Shown here: piece after piece, positions 32,497 through 42,151 of the stretch
How positions within the stretch are numbered: the first letter of the stretch is position 1
How the letters are laid out: every line of letters begins with the position of its first letter
Assembly: GCA_963795855.1 (NCBI GenBank)
Contig: CAWCIZ010000003.1
Coordinates: 96,001-160,000 of the forward strand
Direction: 5' to 3'
DNA: 64,000 nucleotides
Source: Vulcanimicrobiota bacterium
GTDB taxonomy: Bacteria; Vulcanimicrobiota; Vulcanimicrobiia; Vulcanimicrobiales; Vulcanimicrobiaceae
Notes under the pieces: generated by a model
The model's input: the letters and a program-made list of their open reading frames with translations, nothing else
What the model was told of the DNA's origin: nothing
Database searches by the model: none
Position numbers and translations under genes: made by a program

Positions 32497-35017
32497 CTAG
32501 ACGCCCGGGGCGGTTTCAGCCGGTTCGCCGGTGATCTCCGTAATCTGTGTGGCCTGTTTGCCCAAATTCGTGATGGCGATGACTTCATCGCCTTCGCCCA
32601 GCCGCTGCAGGCGGACGCCCTTGGTGGAACGGCCGGCTTTGCGGATGTCGGCGACGCGCAGGCGGATGACCTGATTGGACGAGGTAATCATCAGCATTTC
32701 GTCGTCCGGCGCGACGAGGAGTCTGGTCGACGACCTTGCCGATGTCCTCGCGCTCCTTGGCGAATGCCTTCACGCCCTTGCCGCCGCGCGAGGTGTGACG
32801 ATAATCGTCGATCGGCGTGCGCTTGCCGAAGGCCTGCGTCGTGACGAGCAGCACTTCCCGGCGGTTGTCTTCGAGCACGTCCATCGCGACGATGCAGTCG
32901 CCCTTGTCGAGCGTCATGGCTTTGACGCCGCGCGCGTTGCGTCCCATCGGGCGCACGTCTTTCTCGTTGAAATGCACGGCCATGCCGTTCACGGTACCGA
33001 GAATGATGTCGCGAGTTCCGTCCGAGAGATCGACCGCCAGCAGTTCGTCGCCTTCGTCCAAATTGATCGCATTGAGTCCGTTGCGGCGCACGTTCGAAAA
33101 CTCGTCGAGTTTCGTTTTCTTGATCACGCCGTTCTTGCGTGACCATGACCATGTAACGCTCGCCCTCGAAGTTACGCACCGGGAAGACTGCCGTCACCTA
33201 TTCGCCCGGCGGCAGCGTGAGCAGATTGACCAGCGCGGTGCCGCGCGCTTGCCGCGTCGTGTCGGGAATCTCGAATCCGCGCAGGCGGTACGCGCGTCCT
33301 TTGTTCGTGAAGAACAAGACGTGATCGTGCGTCTTCGTGATGAAGAAGTTGCGGACGACGTCTTCTTTTTTCAGATTCGAGATGCCGATGACGCCGCGGC
33401 CGCCGCGGTTCTGCGTCTTGAACGTGTCGACGGAAACGCGCTTGATGTATCCGCCGACGGTGTACGTCACGACGACGTCGATGTTCGGAATCAGCGCTTC
33501 GACGGAGAACTCGTCCTCGGCCGGAATGATCGCCGTGCGGCGGTCGTCGCCGAACTTCTTCTTGACCTCGAGAATCTCGGTCCTGACGATGCCGGCGATG
33601 CGGCGCGGGCTCTTCAGAATGTCTTGCAACTCGGCGATGAGTTTGATGAGTCCCGCGTACTCCTCCTCGATCTTCTGCCGCTCCAAACCGACGAGCGTGC
33701 GCAGGCGCATGTCGACGATCGCGCTCGCCTGCACGTCGGAGAGTTTGAATCGCGCGGTGAGTTTCTGCTTGGCTTCGTCGGTCGTTTGACTGCCGCGGAC
33801 GATTTCGATGACTTCGTCGATGTTGTCGAGCGCAATGCGGTAGCCTTCCAGCAGATGCGCGCGTTCTTCGGCTTTGCGCAGATCGTACTGCGTGCGTTTG
33901 GTGACGACGACTTTGCGGTGCGCGATGTAATGCTCGAGCAGTTGCTTGAGCGAGAGCACCTGCGGTTCGACGGCGATCGTTCCGTCAGGGCGCGGTTCGC
34001 CCACCGGCACCAGCGCCAGCATGTTGAAGCCGAAGCTCGACTGCAGCGGGGTGTGCTTGTAGAGCTGGTTGAGCACGACTTTCGGCGTCGCACTCTTCTG
34101 CAACTCGACCACGACGCGCATGCCTTTGCGATTGGACTCGTCGTGCAGCGCGGAGATGCCTTGAATGCGCTTCTCCGAATGCGCTTCCGCGATCGCTTCG
34201 ACGATGCGGCTCTTGTAGACCTGATACGGAATCTCGGTGATGATGATCTTCTGGCGGCCCTTGTCTTCGACGATCTCGGCCTTGCCGCGGATCGGAATGG
34301 AACCGCGGCCGGTGCGGTACGCTTCGCGGATCGCTTCCTGCCCCATGATGATGCCGCCGGTGGGGAAATCGGGGCCGGTGACGATCTCGGCGAGCGCGTC
34401 GTCGGTCACCGCAGGATCGTCGATGATTGCCGCAATCGCATCCGCAATCTCGTTCAAGTTGTGCGGCGGAATATTCGTCGCCATGCCGACCGCGATACCG
34501 CTCGAGCCGTTGAGCAGCAGCTGCGGCAGTTTGCCGGGCAGAACGCTCGGCTCCATTCCCTGATTGTCGAAGTTGGGCGTGAATGCGACGGTTTCTTTAT
34601 CGATGTCGCTCAGCAGTTCGAGCGATGGACGCGCCAAGCGCGCTTCCGTGTACCGGTACGCTGCGGGCGGATCCGGATCGATCGAACCGAAGTTGCCGTG
34701 CCCGTCTACGAGCGTATAGCGCAGCGTGAAATCCTGCGCCATGCGCACGAGCGCGTCGTATACCGAGTGTCGCCGTGCGGATGGAACGACTTCAATACCT
34801 CGCCGATGATACCGGCGCACTTGCGGTGCTGCTTGGACGGATCCATGCCCATCTCGCGCATCGCGAAAAGAATGCGCCGCTGCACCGGTTTGAGTCCGTC
34901 GCGCACGTCCGGAAGCGCGCGAGACGCGATGACGGACATGGCATAGGAGAGATAACTCTCCCGCATTTCGTCTTCGACGTTGATCTGCGAGATGATATCG
35001 TTATTGCTGGGGTTCAA
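32497..35017 (-). CDS. gyrA: DNA gyrase subunit A, broken by indels at about 34767, 33137 and 32722 and an in-frame TAG at 33198
   Basis: [36 protein letters not shown], GyrA-box QNRGGRG, C-terminal beta-pinwheel repeats. Confidence 0.95.
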
Positions 35018-35126
35018 TTATATGGCACTCCGGCCGAGCCTCCGCGCCCCCCGCGTTGCGGGGCCCGCAGAAGTCCGCCCATCGGTATGGAATCGCTGCT
35101 TGACGCCGCAACGATTCCTTTGTTGA

Positions 35127-35381
35127 CTATTCATCGAACTTGACAAGACCGCCGAGCGCAACTGCCGGAACGTCGAATTCGCGCGTCGCGAAAATCGGGT
35201 CCGTTTCGGGCAGCGGCTCGTCCTCGAATTCGGCTTGCGGCGCAAAGTCGTCGACCTGCATTTGCGGCTGCAAACGCATGACCCCGGCCTGCAATCGTTC
35301 GTGGGCGGCCGCCGCGGCGGCTCGCAAGTCTTCGAGATATGCTTGCGCTTGCGCGCTTATCTCGGCGCGGTGATCAGTCAT
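35127..35381 (-). CDS. Small hypothetical protein
   Basis: AAGGG immediately upstream of the ATG; 84 aa, helical then acidic; fills the gap between gyrA and tsaE. Confidence 0.5.
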   Translation of the reverse strand: MTDHRAEISAQAQAYLEDLRAAAAAAHERLQAGVMRLQPQMQVDDFAPQAEFEDEPLPETDPIFATREFDVPAVALGGLVKFDE

Positions 35382-35459
35382 CCCTTGAGGAGAGCCAGTA
35401 CCCACGCAAGAACACCGGCGACCTACGCACCTTCACGGAGCCCTATCTTCGCCAAAGCC

Positions 35460-35879
35460 ATGATTCGGACATTTCACAGCGAGCAAGACTTCCTCGATTT
35501 CGCCGCCGTCTTTGCACGCGATCTGCGGCCGGGGGACGTCGTCGGCCTTTCGGGACCGCTCGGCGCGGGCAAAACCGCATTCGTGAAGGCCGTCGTAAGT
35601 GAACGGCTCGGAACGGATCCCGCGAGCAGCCCCACGTTCACGTTCTGGCACCGCTACCCCGGAACGCCGCCGATCGATCATCTCGACCTGTACCGCGTGG
35701 ACGACCCGGCGGAAATCACCGAACTGGGTTTGGACGACGCTTTCGACGGCACGTCCATCGTGCTCGTCGAGTGGTGGCGTAACGCGCCGGAACTGTTGCC
35801 GCCGGTCCGCTATGAAATCGACATTCAAGGCAAGGGATCGGACGCGCGCTGCGTCACGCTGCGGACGCCCGCCGAATGA
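35460..35879 (+). CDS. tsaE: tRNA t6A biosynthesis ATPase TsaE
   Basis: GPLGAGKT, SSPTF, HLDLYR, VEW. Confidence 0.95.
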   Translation: MIRTFHSEQDFLDFAAVFARDLRPGDVVGLSGPLGAGKTAFVKAVVSERLGTDPASSPTFTFWHRYPGTPPIDHLDLYRVDDPAEITELGLDDAFDGTSIVLVEWWRNAPELLPPVRYEIDIQGKGSDARCVTLRTPAE

Positions 35880-36526
35880 TCGTTCTGGCTTTCGATGCGG
35901 CGCTCGGCGCCTTCTCGGTTGCGCTCACTCAGGACGGAAAGGCGATCGCGAGCGACGAGCGGCCGGGCAACGTCGCACTGGAACAAGGGCTTGCGGCAAT
36001 CGCGAGCGTCCTCCGCCAAGCGCACATCCCGCCGCAGCAGGTCGATCGCCTGGCGGTCGGCATCGGCCCCGGCAGCTTTACCGGCGTCCGCATCGCGATC
36101 AGCTACGCCAAGTCCCTGGCGCTCGGCTGGCGACGCCCGCTCACCGGCGTGAATTCCTTCGATGCAATCGAGGCGGGAACGAAAACGGCAGAACCGGTAC
36201 TCGCGGTCGTGCGCGGCCGCGCCGGCGTCATCTCGGTGCGCTATCGCCTCGGCGGCGAGGCACGGCGAGCATCCGGATACGTTGACAGCGTGCTTTCGGA
36301 GATTGGCCGCGGCTCAGGGGTGCTCAGCGTTCTAGGCGATGCGGAGGACGTGCTCGCCGGCCTTGCCGAACGCGGCTGGAGCGTGCAAAAAATCGACCGC
36401 GTCTTCTTGCCTCCTGCTCTTGCCGTCGCCGTGCTGGCGGCGGAGCGCGAACCTGCCCGCAGCTCGCACGAAATACGCGCTGACTACGGCGAGCAGCCCG
36501 CGGCGAAAGTGCCGAAGGGCTTGTGA
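35876..36526 (+). CDS. tsaB: tRNA t6A biosynthesis protein TsaB
   Basis: VLAFD, AVGIGPGSFTGVRI. Confidence 0.93.
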   Translation: MIVLAFDAALGAFSVALTQDGKAIASDERPGNVALEQGLAAIASVLRQAHIPPQQVDRLAVGIGPGSFTGVRIAISYAKSLALGWRRPLTGVNSFDAIEAGTKTAEPVLAVVRGRAGVISVRYRLGGEARRASGYVDSVLSEIGRGSGVLSVLGDAEDVLAGLAERGWSVQKIDRVFLPPALAVAVLAAEREPARSSHEIRADYGEQPAAKVPKGL

Positions 36527-37059
36527 AACTCGAGCCGCGTCCGGACTTGGGACAGCGATCGCCGCTGGTCATCGAACCGATGGCCGACGCGGACGTGAAA
36601 GACGTGCTGCGGATCGAACAGCATTCGTTCGCGACGCAATGGCCCAGCAACGCGTTTCAGCAGGAACTCCACGACAATAAACTCGCGCATTATTTCGTCG
36701 GACGCGTCGACAAGCAACTCGTTGCATACGGCGGCATCTGGGTGATTTTGGAAGACTCGCACGTCACGACGATCGCCGTTCACCCCGGCCATCGCGGGAA
36801 TAAATACGGCGAAATCATGCTGCTGCGTTTGCTGGACGAAGCCATGGCGCGCGGCGCTTCCTGGATGACGCTCGAAGTGCGCGAGAGCAATACGGTCGCG
36901 CAGAACTTGTACCGCAAATACGGCTTCACGACGGTCTCGACGCGCAAGGGCTATTACAGCGACAACAGCGAGAACGCGCTGGTCATGTGGGCCGGCAATT
37001 TGAAAAGCGCGATCTACAAGAACCGGCTGCACGCGCTGCGTTCCGCCGTTCTCGGATGA
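36523..37059 (+). CDS. rimI: Ribosomal protein S18 N-acetyltransferase
   Basis: HVTTIAVHP, LEVRESNTVAQNLYRKYGF, RKGYYSDNSENALVM. Confidence 0.93.
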   Translation: MKLEPRPDLGQRSPLVIEPMADADVKDVLRIEQHSFATQWPSNAFQQELHDNKLAHYFVGRVDKQLVAYGGIWVILEDSHVTTIAVHPGHRGNKYGEIMLLRLLDEAMARGASWMTLEVRESNTVAQNLYRKYGFTTVSTRKGYYSDNSENALVMWAGNLKSAIYKNRLHALRSAVLG

Positions 37060-37646
37060 GGTTCGCGCACCTCGCCGGAGGCGTGCGAGAACATCTCGGG
37101 CAGGAGTACCGCTACGCGCACTGCGTGCGCGTGGCCCGTATGTCTGAAAATCTCGCGCGCATTCACGGCGCGGATCCCGGCAAAGCGCGCCTTGCGGGCA
37201 TGCTGCACGATCTGGCACGGTTGTATTCTGCGCAACGGCTACTCGCGGAGTCGGCTTCATACGGCGTTCCGATAGACGCATACGCTCGCGCGTATCCCGT
37301 CGTTCTGCATGCGCCGCTTTCGGCGCGGCTGGCTGCCGCGATGTTCGGCGTCAAGGACGACGAAGTGCTCTCGGCGATTGCCAAACACACGCTTGCCGCC
37401 GGCGACATGTCGACGCTCGACTGCATCCTTTACCTGGCAGACGGACTGGAGCCAGGCCGCGACTACCCCGAGCGCCGCGAATTAGCGGCGTTGGCGGAGC
37501 GCGACCTGCGCGCGGCGATGCATGCAACGATCGCCTCCTCTCTGCGGTATCTTACACAGAGGCACTTGCCCGTCGCACCGCAAACCGCGGCGGCGATGCG
37601 CACCTTCGGCCTACGGGCCGACGCACTGGAGACCGGAACTGGCTGA
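37056..37646 (+). CDS. yqeK: HD-domain Ap4A hydrolase YqeK
   Basis: RYAHCVRV, AGMLHDLAR, LHAP, AIAKHT, LYLADGLEPGR. Confidence 0.9.
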   Translation: MRFAHLAGGVREHLGQEYRYAHCVRVARMSENLARIHGADPGKARLAGMLHDLARLYSAQRLLAESASYGVPIDAYARAYPVVLHAPLSARLAAAMFGVKDDEVLSAIAKHTLAAGDMSTLDCILYLADGLEPGRDYPERRELAALAERDLRAAMHATIASSLRYLTQRHLPVAPQTAAAMRTFGLRADALETGTG

Positions 37647-37980
37647 CATTCTCGAGATCGTTCGCGCCGCGGCGCTCGACAAAAAGGCGGAGGACTTCAC
37701 GGAAATCGACGTCGCGGGACGTACGATCATCGCGGACAAGTTCGTCATCATCACCGGACGCTCGAAAATTCAGACGCGTTCGATCGCGGACAGCATCACC
37801 GAAAAAATAAAGGAGCACCGCCTGCGCGTGTCGCGCGTCGAGGGCTACGCCGATGCGAACTGGATCTTGATCGATCTCGGACCGGTGGTGGTGCACGTGT
37901 TCACGCCCGAGCAGCGCGCGTTCTACAACCTCGAACGGTTGTGGGCAGCGGCGAAAGAACCGCAGGCCCAGACGTCATGA
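37639..37980 (+). CDS. rsfS: Ribosome silencing factor (probable CTG start)
   Basis: ALDKKAED, ADKFVIITG, WILIDLG, VHVFTPEQRAFYNLERLW. Confidence 0.92.
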   Translation: MADILEIVRAAALDKKAEDFTEIDVAGRTIIADKFVIITGRSKIQTRSIADSITEKIKEHRLRVSRVEGYADANWILIDLGPVVVHVFTPEQRAFYNLERLWAAAKEPQAQTS

Positions 37981-38120
37981 ACGCGCGCAGGCCGAGACCG
38001 CAAAACACGCGAGCGGCAAGGCGGCGCAAGAACGCGCTGCTGCGTGCCGGGGTCTGGATCTTTCTGGTCATCTTCGCGCTGAGCAGCGTCGGGTTCGTCT
38101 TGGGAGTTTTCGTGAAATGA
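37977..38120 (+). CDS. 47-aa tail-anchored membrane mini-protein
   Basis: Below the ORF-track cutoff. MNARRPRPQNTRAARRRKNALLRAGVWIFLVIFALSSVGFVLGVFVK, with ATGA overlaps at both ends. Confidence 0.75.
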   Translation: MNARRPRPQNTRAARRRKNALLRAGVWIFLVIFALSSVGFVLGVFVK

Positions 38121-39076
38121 ATCGCGTTTTCGTAGCGGCCGCCCTGGTGACCGCTTTTATTGCAAGCAGCGCACCGGCGCTCGCGGCGCAGTTCGTTCAG
38201 GACAATGCCGGATTGTTCTCGGCGGGCACCGTCGCGCAGTTGCAAACGCGCATCTCGAATTTTAATCGCCAGACCGGCAAAGAGATCGTCGTCGTGACGG
38301 TACCTTCCGCTCCGAACGGCAATGCGGCGACCGCGGCGGAAAACGTCTTCGCGCAGCAATCGGTAAATGGCGTCCTTATCTTCGTCGACAAAGGCGATCG
38401 GCAAAGTCGCGTGATTCCGGACCGCGCGGCGGTTCAAGCGGGCTGGTGGAACGCCCAAACGTCTTCGTCGGTGCTGGCAGCGATGAATTCGCAGTTTCAC
38501 GCCGGCAATTTCGACGCCGGCATCACGAACGCGGTCAACGCCGTGTTCGACGTCTACCGATCGCATCTCGGTTCGCTTCACTCGAATACGTCATCGGCGC
38601 CCGTTTCGACGCAACAAACCGCCGGCGGCGGAGTACATATCAGCATGTTCTGGTGGATCATTATCGCGCTATTCGTCTTCTTCATCATCCGTTCGCTCTT
38701 GCGCGCGCGCAGCGGCGCATATTACGGCGGCGGACAGGGGTACGGCCCCGGCGGTCCTGGCTACGGGCCGGGATACGGCCCCGGTTACGGAGGCTTGGGT
38801 TACGGCGGCGGCTGGGGCGGCGGTTTTTGGAGCGGTCTGCTGGGCGGTCTCGGCGGTGCGTGGCTCGGCAACGAGATGTTCGGCCACCAAAACTTCGGCG
38901 GCATGCAAAGCGGCATCGATCCCGGCGTCCAGCAAAACGCACCGGACGCCGGCGGGTGGCAAAGCGATCCCGGTCAAGCGGACATGGGCGGAAGTGCCGG
39001 CGGCGGCTGGGGCGGCGGTGGTGACCTCGGCGGCGGAGGCGGCTTCGGCGACGGCGGCGCCGGAGGCGGCTGGTAA
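38117..39076 (+). CDS. TPM domain protein with Gly-rich tail
   Basis: Signal peptide, VQDNAGLFS, EIVVVTV, GVLIFVDKGDR, TM helix, Gly-rich C-terminus. Confidence 0.88.
   Translation: MNRVFVAAALVTAFIASSAPALAAQFVQDNAGLFSAGTVAQLQTRISNFNRQTGKEIVVVTVPSAPNGNAATAAENVFAQQSVNGVLIFVDKGDRQSRVIPDRAAVQAGWWNAQTSSSVLAAMNSQFHAGNFDAGITNAVNAVFDVYRSHLGSLHSNTSSAPVSTQQTAGGGVHISMFWWIIIALFVFFIIRSLLRARSGAYYGGGQGYGPGGPGYGPGYGPGYGGLGYGGGWGGGFWSGLLGGLGGAWLGNEMFGHQNFGGMQSGIDPGVQQNAPDAGGWQSDPGQADMGGSAGGGWGGGGDLGGGGGFGDGGAGGGW
38738..38794 (+). repeat. Coding GYGPG-type tandem repeat in the TPM protein
   Basis: Encodes GYGPGGPGYGPGYGPGYGG with varied synonymous codons. Confidence 0.7.
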
Positions 39077-39148
39077 CCTTTAGCCGCTAACCGCGGCCAA
39101 TTATTGGGCATCGAGGGCGTCACTTGTGCAGCCGGGAAACGGCGAGCA

Positions 39149-42100
39149 ATGCGACGCTCTCTTTGCTTTGTACTCGCAGCGGCGATGCAGCTTCCGCTGC
39201 TTTCGCTCGCCGTGCCCGCTCGGGCCGCCGTGAACGCCGATCTCTTCGGCGGGCTGCGGTGGCGAAACATCGGCCCGCTGCGCGCGGGCCGCGCGATTAC
39301 CGTTGCCGGAGTGCCCGGTCAACCGGAAAAGTTTTACTTCGGCGCCGTCGGCGGCGGTATTTGGCTTACTGAAAACGCGGGCAGGACGTGGACGCCGATT
39401 TTCGACGCGGAACCGGTCGCGTCTATCGGCGCGATTGCCGTGGCGCCGAGCGATCCGAACGTCGTCTATGCCGGCAGCGGCGAGGCCGACATGCGATCGG
39501 ACATTCAGCACGGCGACGGCATGTACAAGAGCGTCGACGGCGGTAAGACCTGGTCGCATATTGGGCTCGACGACACGCGCCAAATCGGACGCATCGTCGT
39601 CGATCCCAAGGACGCGAACGTTGCGTACGTTGCGGCGCTCGGGCACCAATACGGGCCGAACGCCGAGCGCGGTGTTTTCAAAACGCTCGACGGCGGCAAG
39701 ACGTGGAGCAAGATACTCTACAAAAATGAAAACACCGGCGCGATCGATCTCGCGCTGAGCCCGTCCGATCCGAACATCGTCTTCGCCTCGCTTTGGCAAA
39801 CGCGGCGTCCGCCGTGGAACGTGTATCCACCCAGCAATGGTCCCGGAAGCGGGCTGTACAAAAGCACCGACGGCGGCAAGACGTGGGCGCAGATCGCGGG
39901 GCACGGTTTTCCGGCAGGCGTGCTGGGGCACATCGGCATTTCGATCTCCCCCGCGAATCCCAACCGCGTTTACACGATCGTCGACACGAACGAAGAGAAA
40001 ACCGGCGGGGTGTACCGATCGGATGACGGCGGCGCGACGTGGACGCACACCGACGGTGAAGGGCGCATCTGGAAACGCGGCTGGTATTTCGGTCAAATCA
40101 CCGCCGATCCGACAAACGCGGACGAAGTGTACGTGATGAACACGTCGACGTACCGTTCGACGGATGCCGGCAAATCGTTCACCGCGATCAAAGGCGCGCC
40201 GGGCGGAGACGACTACCACGCGTTGTGGATCGACCCGCACGACTCGAACCGCATGGTGCTCGGCGGCGATCAAGGCGTGGTGGTGTCCGTCGACGGCGCA
40301 AAAACGTGGAGTTCCTGGTACAACCAATCGACCGCGCAAGTCTATCACGTCATCACCGACAACCGCTTCCCGTATTGGGTGTATGCAGCCCAGCAAGACT
40401 CAGGTGCCGTTGCCGTACCGAGCCGCAGCATTCATAGCAGAATCTCCGCTTACGACTGGCGCCCGATCGACGCGGGCGGGGAAAGCGGAACGCTCGCGCC
40501 GGACGCACTCAAACCGGGGCACGTGTACGGCAACTCGCCGACGACGTACGAAAACATCGACACGAATTGGGAACTCTCGATCGATCCCACGCTGAAGTAT
40601 CCCGACACCGTTTGGCGCAACACGTGGACTCTTCCGATCGTGGTTTCACCGCAGAATCCGCGCGTGCTGTACACGAGTCGCCAGCGCATTTTTCGAAGCG
40701 CGGACGGGGGCCGCTCGTGGCAGTTAATCAGTCCGGATTTGACGCGACCGCTCAACGTCGTGCCGTCGAATCTCGATCCGGCGACCCGCGCGGACAGCAC
40801 CGGATTGGCGCGTCGCGGAGTCGTGTATTGGATCGCGCCGTCGCCGATTCGCGCGCATATGATCTGGGCCGGCACGGATGACGGCTTGGTCTGGATCACG
40901 CGGGACGAAGGCGCGCACTGGGAAAACGTCACGCCGCCATCGATTACGGCATGGAGCAAAGTGGGCGTCATCGACGCTTCGCATTTCGATGCGCAAACGG
41001 CGTACGCGGCGATCGACCGCCACCGGCTAGACGACAACCGCCCGTACATCTACAAAACGCACGACGGCGGCAAGCGTTGGTCGATGATTACGAGCGGCAT
41101 TCCTTCGAACGAATCGGTGAACGTCGTCCGCGAGGATCCCAAGCGCCGCGGCCTGTTGTACGCCGGAACCGAACGCCGGGTTTACGTCTCTTTCGACGAC
41201 GGCGCGCAGTGGCAGCCGCTGCAGTTGAACCTGCCGGTCGCGTCGATGCGCGACATCACATTCAACGGCGATGACGTCATCCTCGGGACGCACGGGCGCG
41301 GCATTTGGATTCTCGACGACGCATCGCCGCTTCGGCAGATCGCCGGGGTCAGCGGCACGACACTATTCAAACCGGCCGCGGCGTATCGAACGCGTCCAGG
41401 CTCGGACCAGGGCACGCCGCTGCCGCTCGATGAGCCCGGACTCCCGAACCCGCCGAACGGCGCCGCGATCGATTATTACATCGCGGGCGCCGGCACGCCG
41501 ATCGTGCTCTCGATCACGGATGCGTCGGGACGGACGGTACGCCAGTGGTCTTCCACGGACAAAGCGGTCAGCGTCGATCCGAGGTCGCTCGACATTCCGA
41601 TGTACTGGATGCATCCGCAGCTGCCGCCCTCCGCGCAGCGCGGTGCCCACCGGTGGATGTGGGACTTGCGTTATGCCGGAACCGGACGGGGCCGCTTCGG
41701 CCGAGGCGGCGGTCCGCTCGCGCCGCCCGGAACGTACGCGGTGCATTTGCGCGCGGGCGGCAAGACGTATTCGCAGGCGCTGATCGTGCGCCGCGATCCA
41801 ACGTATCCGGCGAGCGACGCCGATCTGCGCGCGCAGTTCGTGCTGGCCGAACAGATTGAAGCGGAATCGCAGGCGGTAAAGGCGGCGCTGCAGCGCGCCA
41901 AATCGCTGGAGAAGCAGCGACCGCAGCTTCGCGCGCTCGTCGGGGAAGCTCCGCCGACGACGCCCGACGATTCGGTTGGGAAGCCCGCGCAGGACTTCAA
42001 CAGCCTGCGCTACATCGGCGATGCGCTGCAAGGTTTGCAGAGTGCGGTCGACAGCGCCGATGCACGGCCGACGCCCGATCAATACGCGGCATTCGCAACG

Positions 42101-42151
42101 CTTAAGAACAAAGCCGCGAACGCGATGCGGGCACTCGCGTCAGTGCACTAG
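39149..42151 (+). CDS. Secreted BNR/Asp-box (VPS10/sortilin-like) beta-propeller protein
   Basis: LRWRNIGPLRAGR and many SxDGGxTW repeats; about 1000 aa. Confidence 0.9.
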   Translation: MRRSLCFVLAAAMQLPLLSLAVPARAAVNADLFGGLRWRNIGPLRAGRAITVAGVPGQPEKFYFGAVGGGIWLTENAGRTWTPIFDAEPVASIGAIAVAPSDPNVVYAGSGEADMRSDIQHGDGMYKSVDGGKTWSHIGLDDTRQIGRIVVDPKDANVAYVAALGHQYGPNAERGVFKTLDGGKTWSKILYKNENTGAIDLALSPSDPNIVFASLWQTRRPPWNVYPPSNGPGSGLYKSTDGGKTWAQIAGHGFPAGVLGHIGISISPANPNRVYTIVDTNEEKTGGVYRSDDGGATWTHTDGEGRIWKRGWYFGQITADPTNADEVYVMNTSTYRSTDAGKSFTAIKGAPGGDDYHALWIDPHDSNRMVLGGDQGVVVSVDGAKTWSSWYNQSTAQVYHVITDNRFPYWVYAAQQDSGAVAVPSRSIHSRISAYDWRPIDAGGESGTLAPDALKPGHVYGNSPTTYENIDTNWELSIDPTLKYPDTVWRNTWTLPIVVSPQNPRVLYTSRQRIFRSADGGRSWQLISPDLTRPLNVVPSNLDPATRADSTGLARRGVVYWIAPSPIRAHMIWAGTDDGLVWITRDEGAHWENVTPPSITAWSKVGVIDASHFDAQTAYAAIDRHRLDDNRPYIYKTHDGGKRWSMITSGIPSNESVNVVREDPKRRGLLYAGTERRVYVSFDDGAQWQPLQLNLPVASMRDITFNGDDVILGTHGRGIWILDDASPLRQIAGVSGTTLFKPAAAYRTRPGSDQGTPLPLDEPGLPNPPNGAAIDYYIAGAGTPIVLSITDASGRTVRQWSSTDKAVSVDPRSLDIPMYWMHPQLPPSAQRGAHRWMWDLRYAGTGRGRFGRGGGPLAPPGTYAVHLRAGGKTYSQALIVRRDPTYPASDADLRAQFVLAEQIEAESQAVKAALQRAKSLEKQRPQLRALVGEAPPTTPDDSVGKPAQDFNSLRYIGDALQGLQSAVDSADARPTPDQYAAFATLKNKAANAMRALASVH

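Noticed and set aside
33198..33200. Amber recoding or pyrrolysine in gyrA
   Set aside because: Many genes here end in TAG normally, no pyl genes are seen, and this is a single instance.
20800..34946. Long antisense ORFs such as 20800..23313 and 32817..34946
   Set aside because: Shadow frames of typA and gyrA caused by GC-rich codon bias.
28855..35017. Mass pseudogenisation of gyrA, trxA, selA and selB
   Set aside because: Motifs are pristine on both sides of each single-base indel and gyrA is essential. Consensus error is much more likely.
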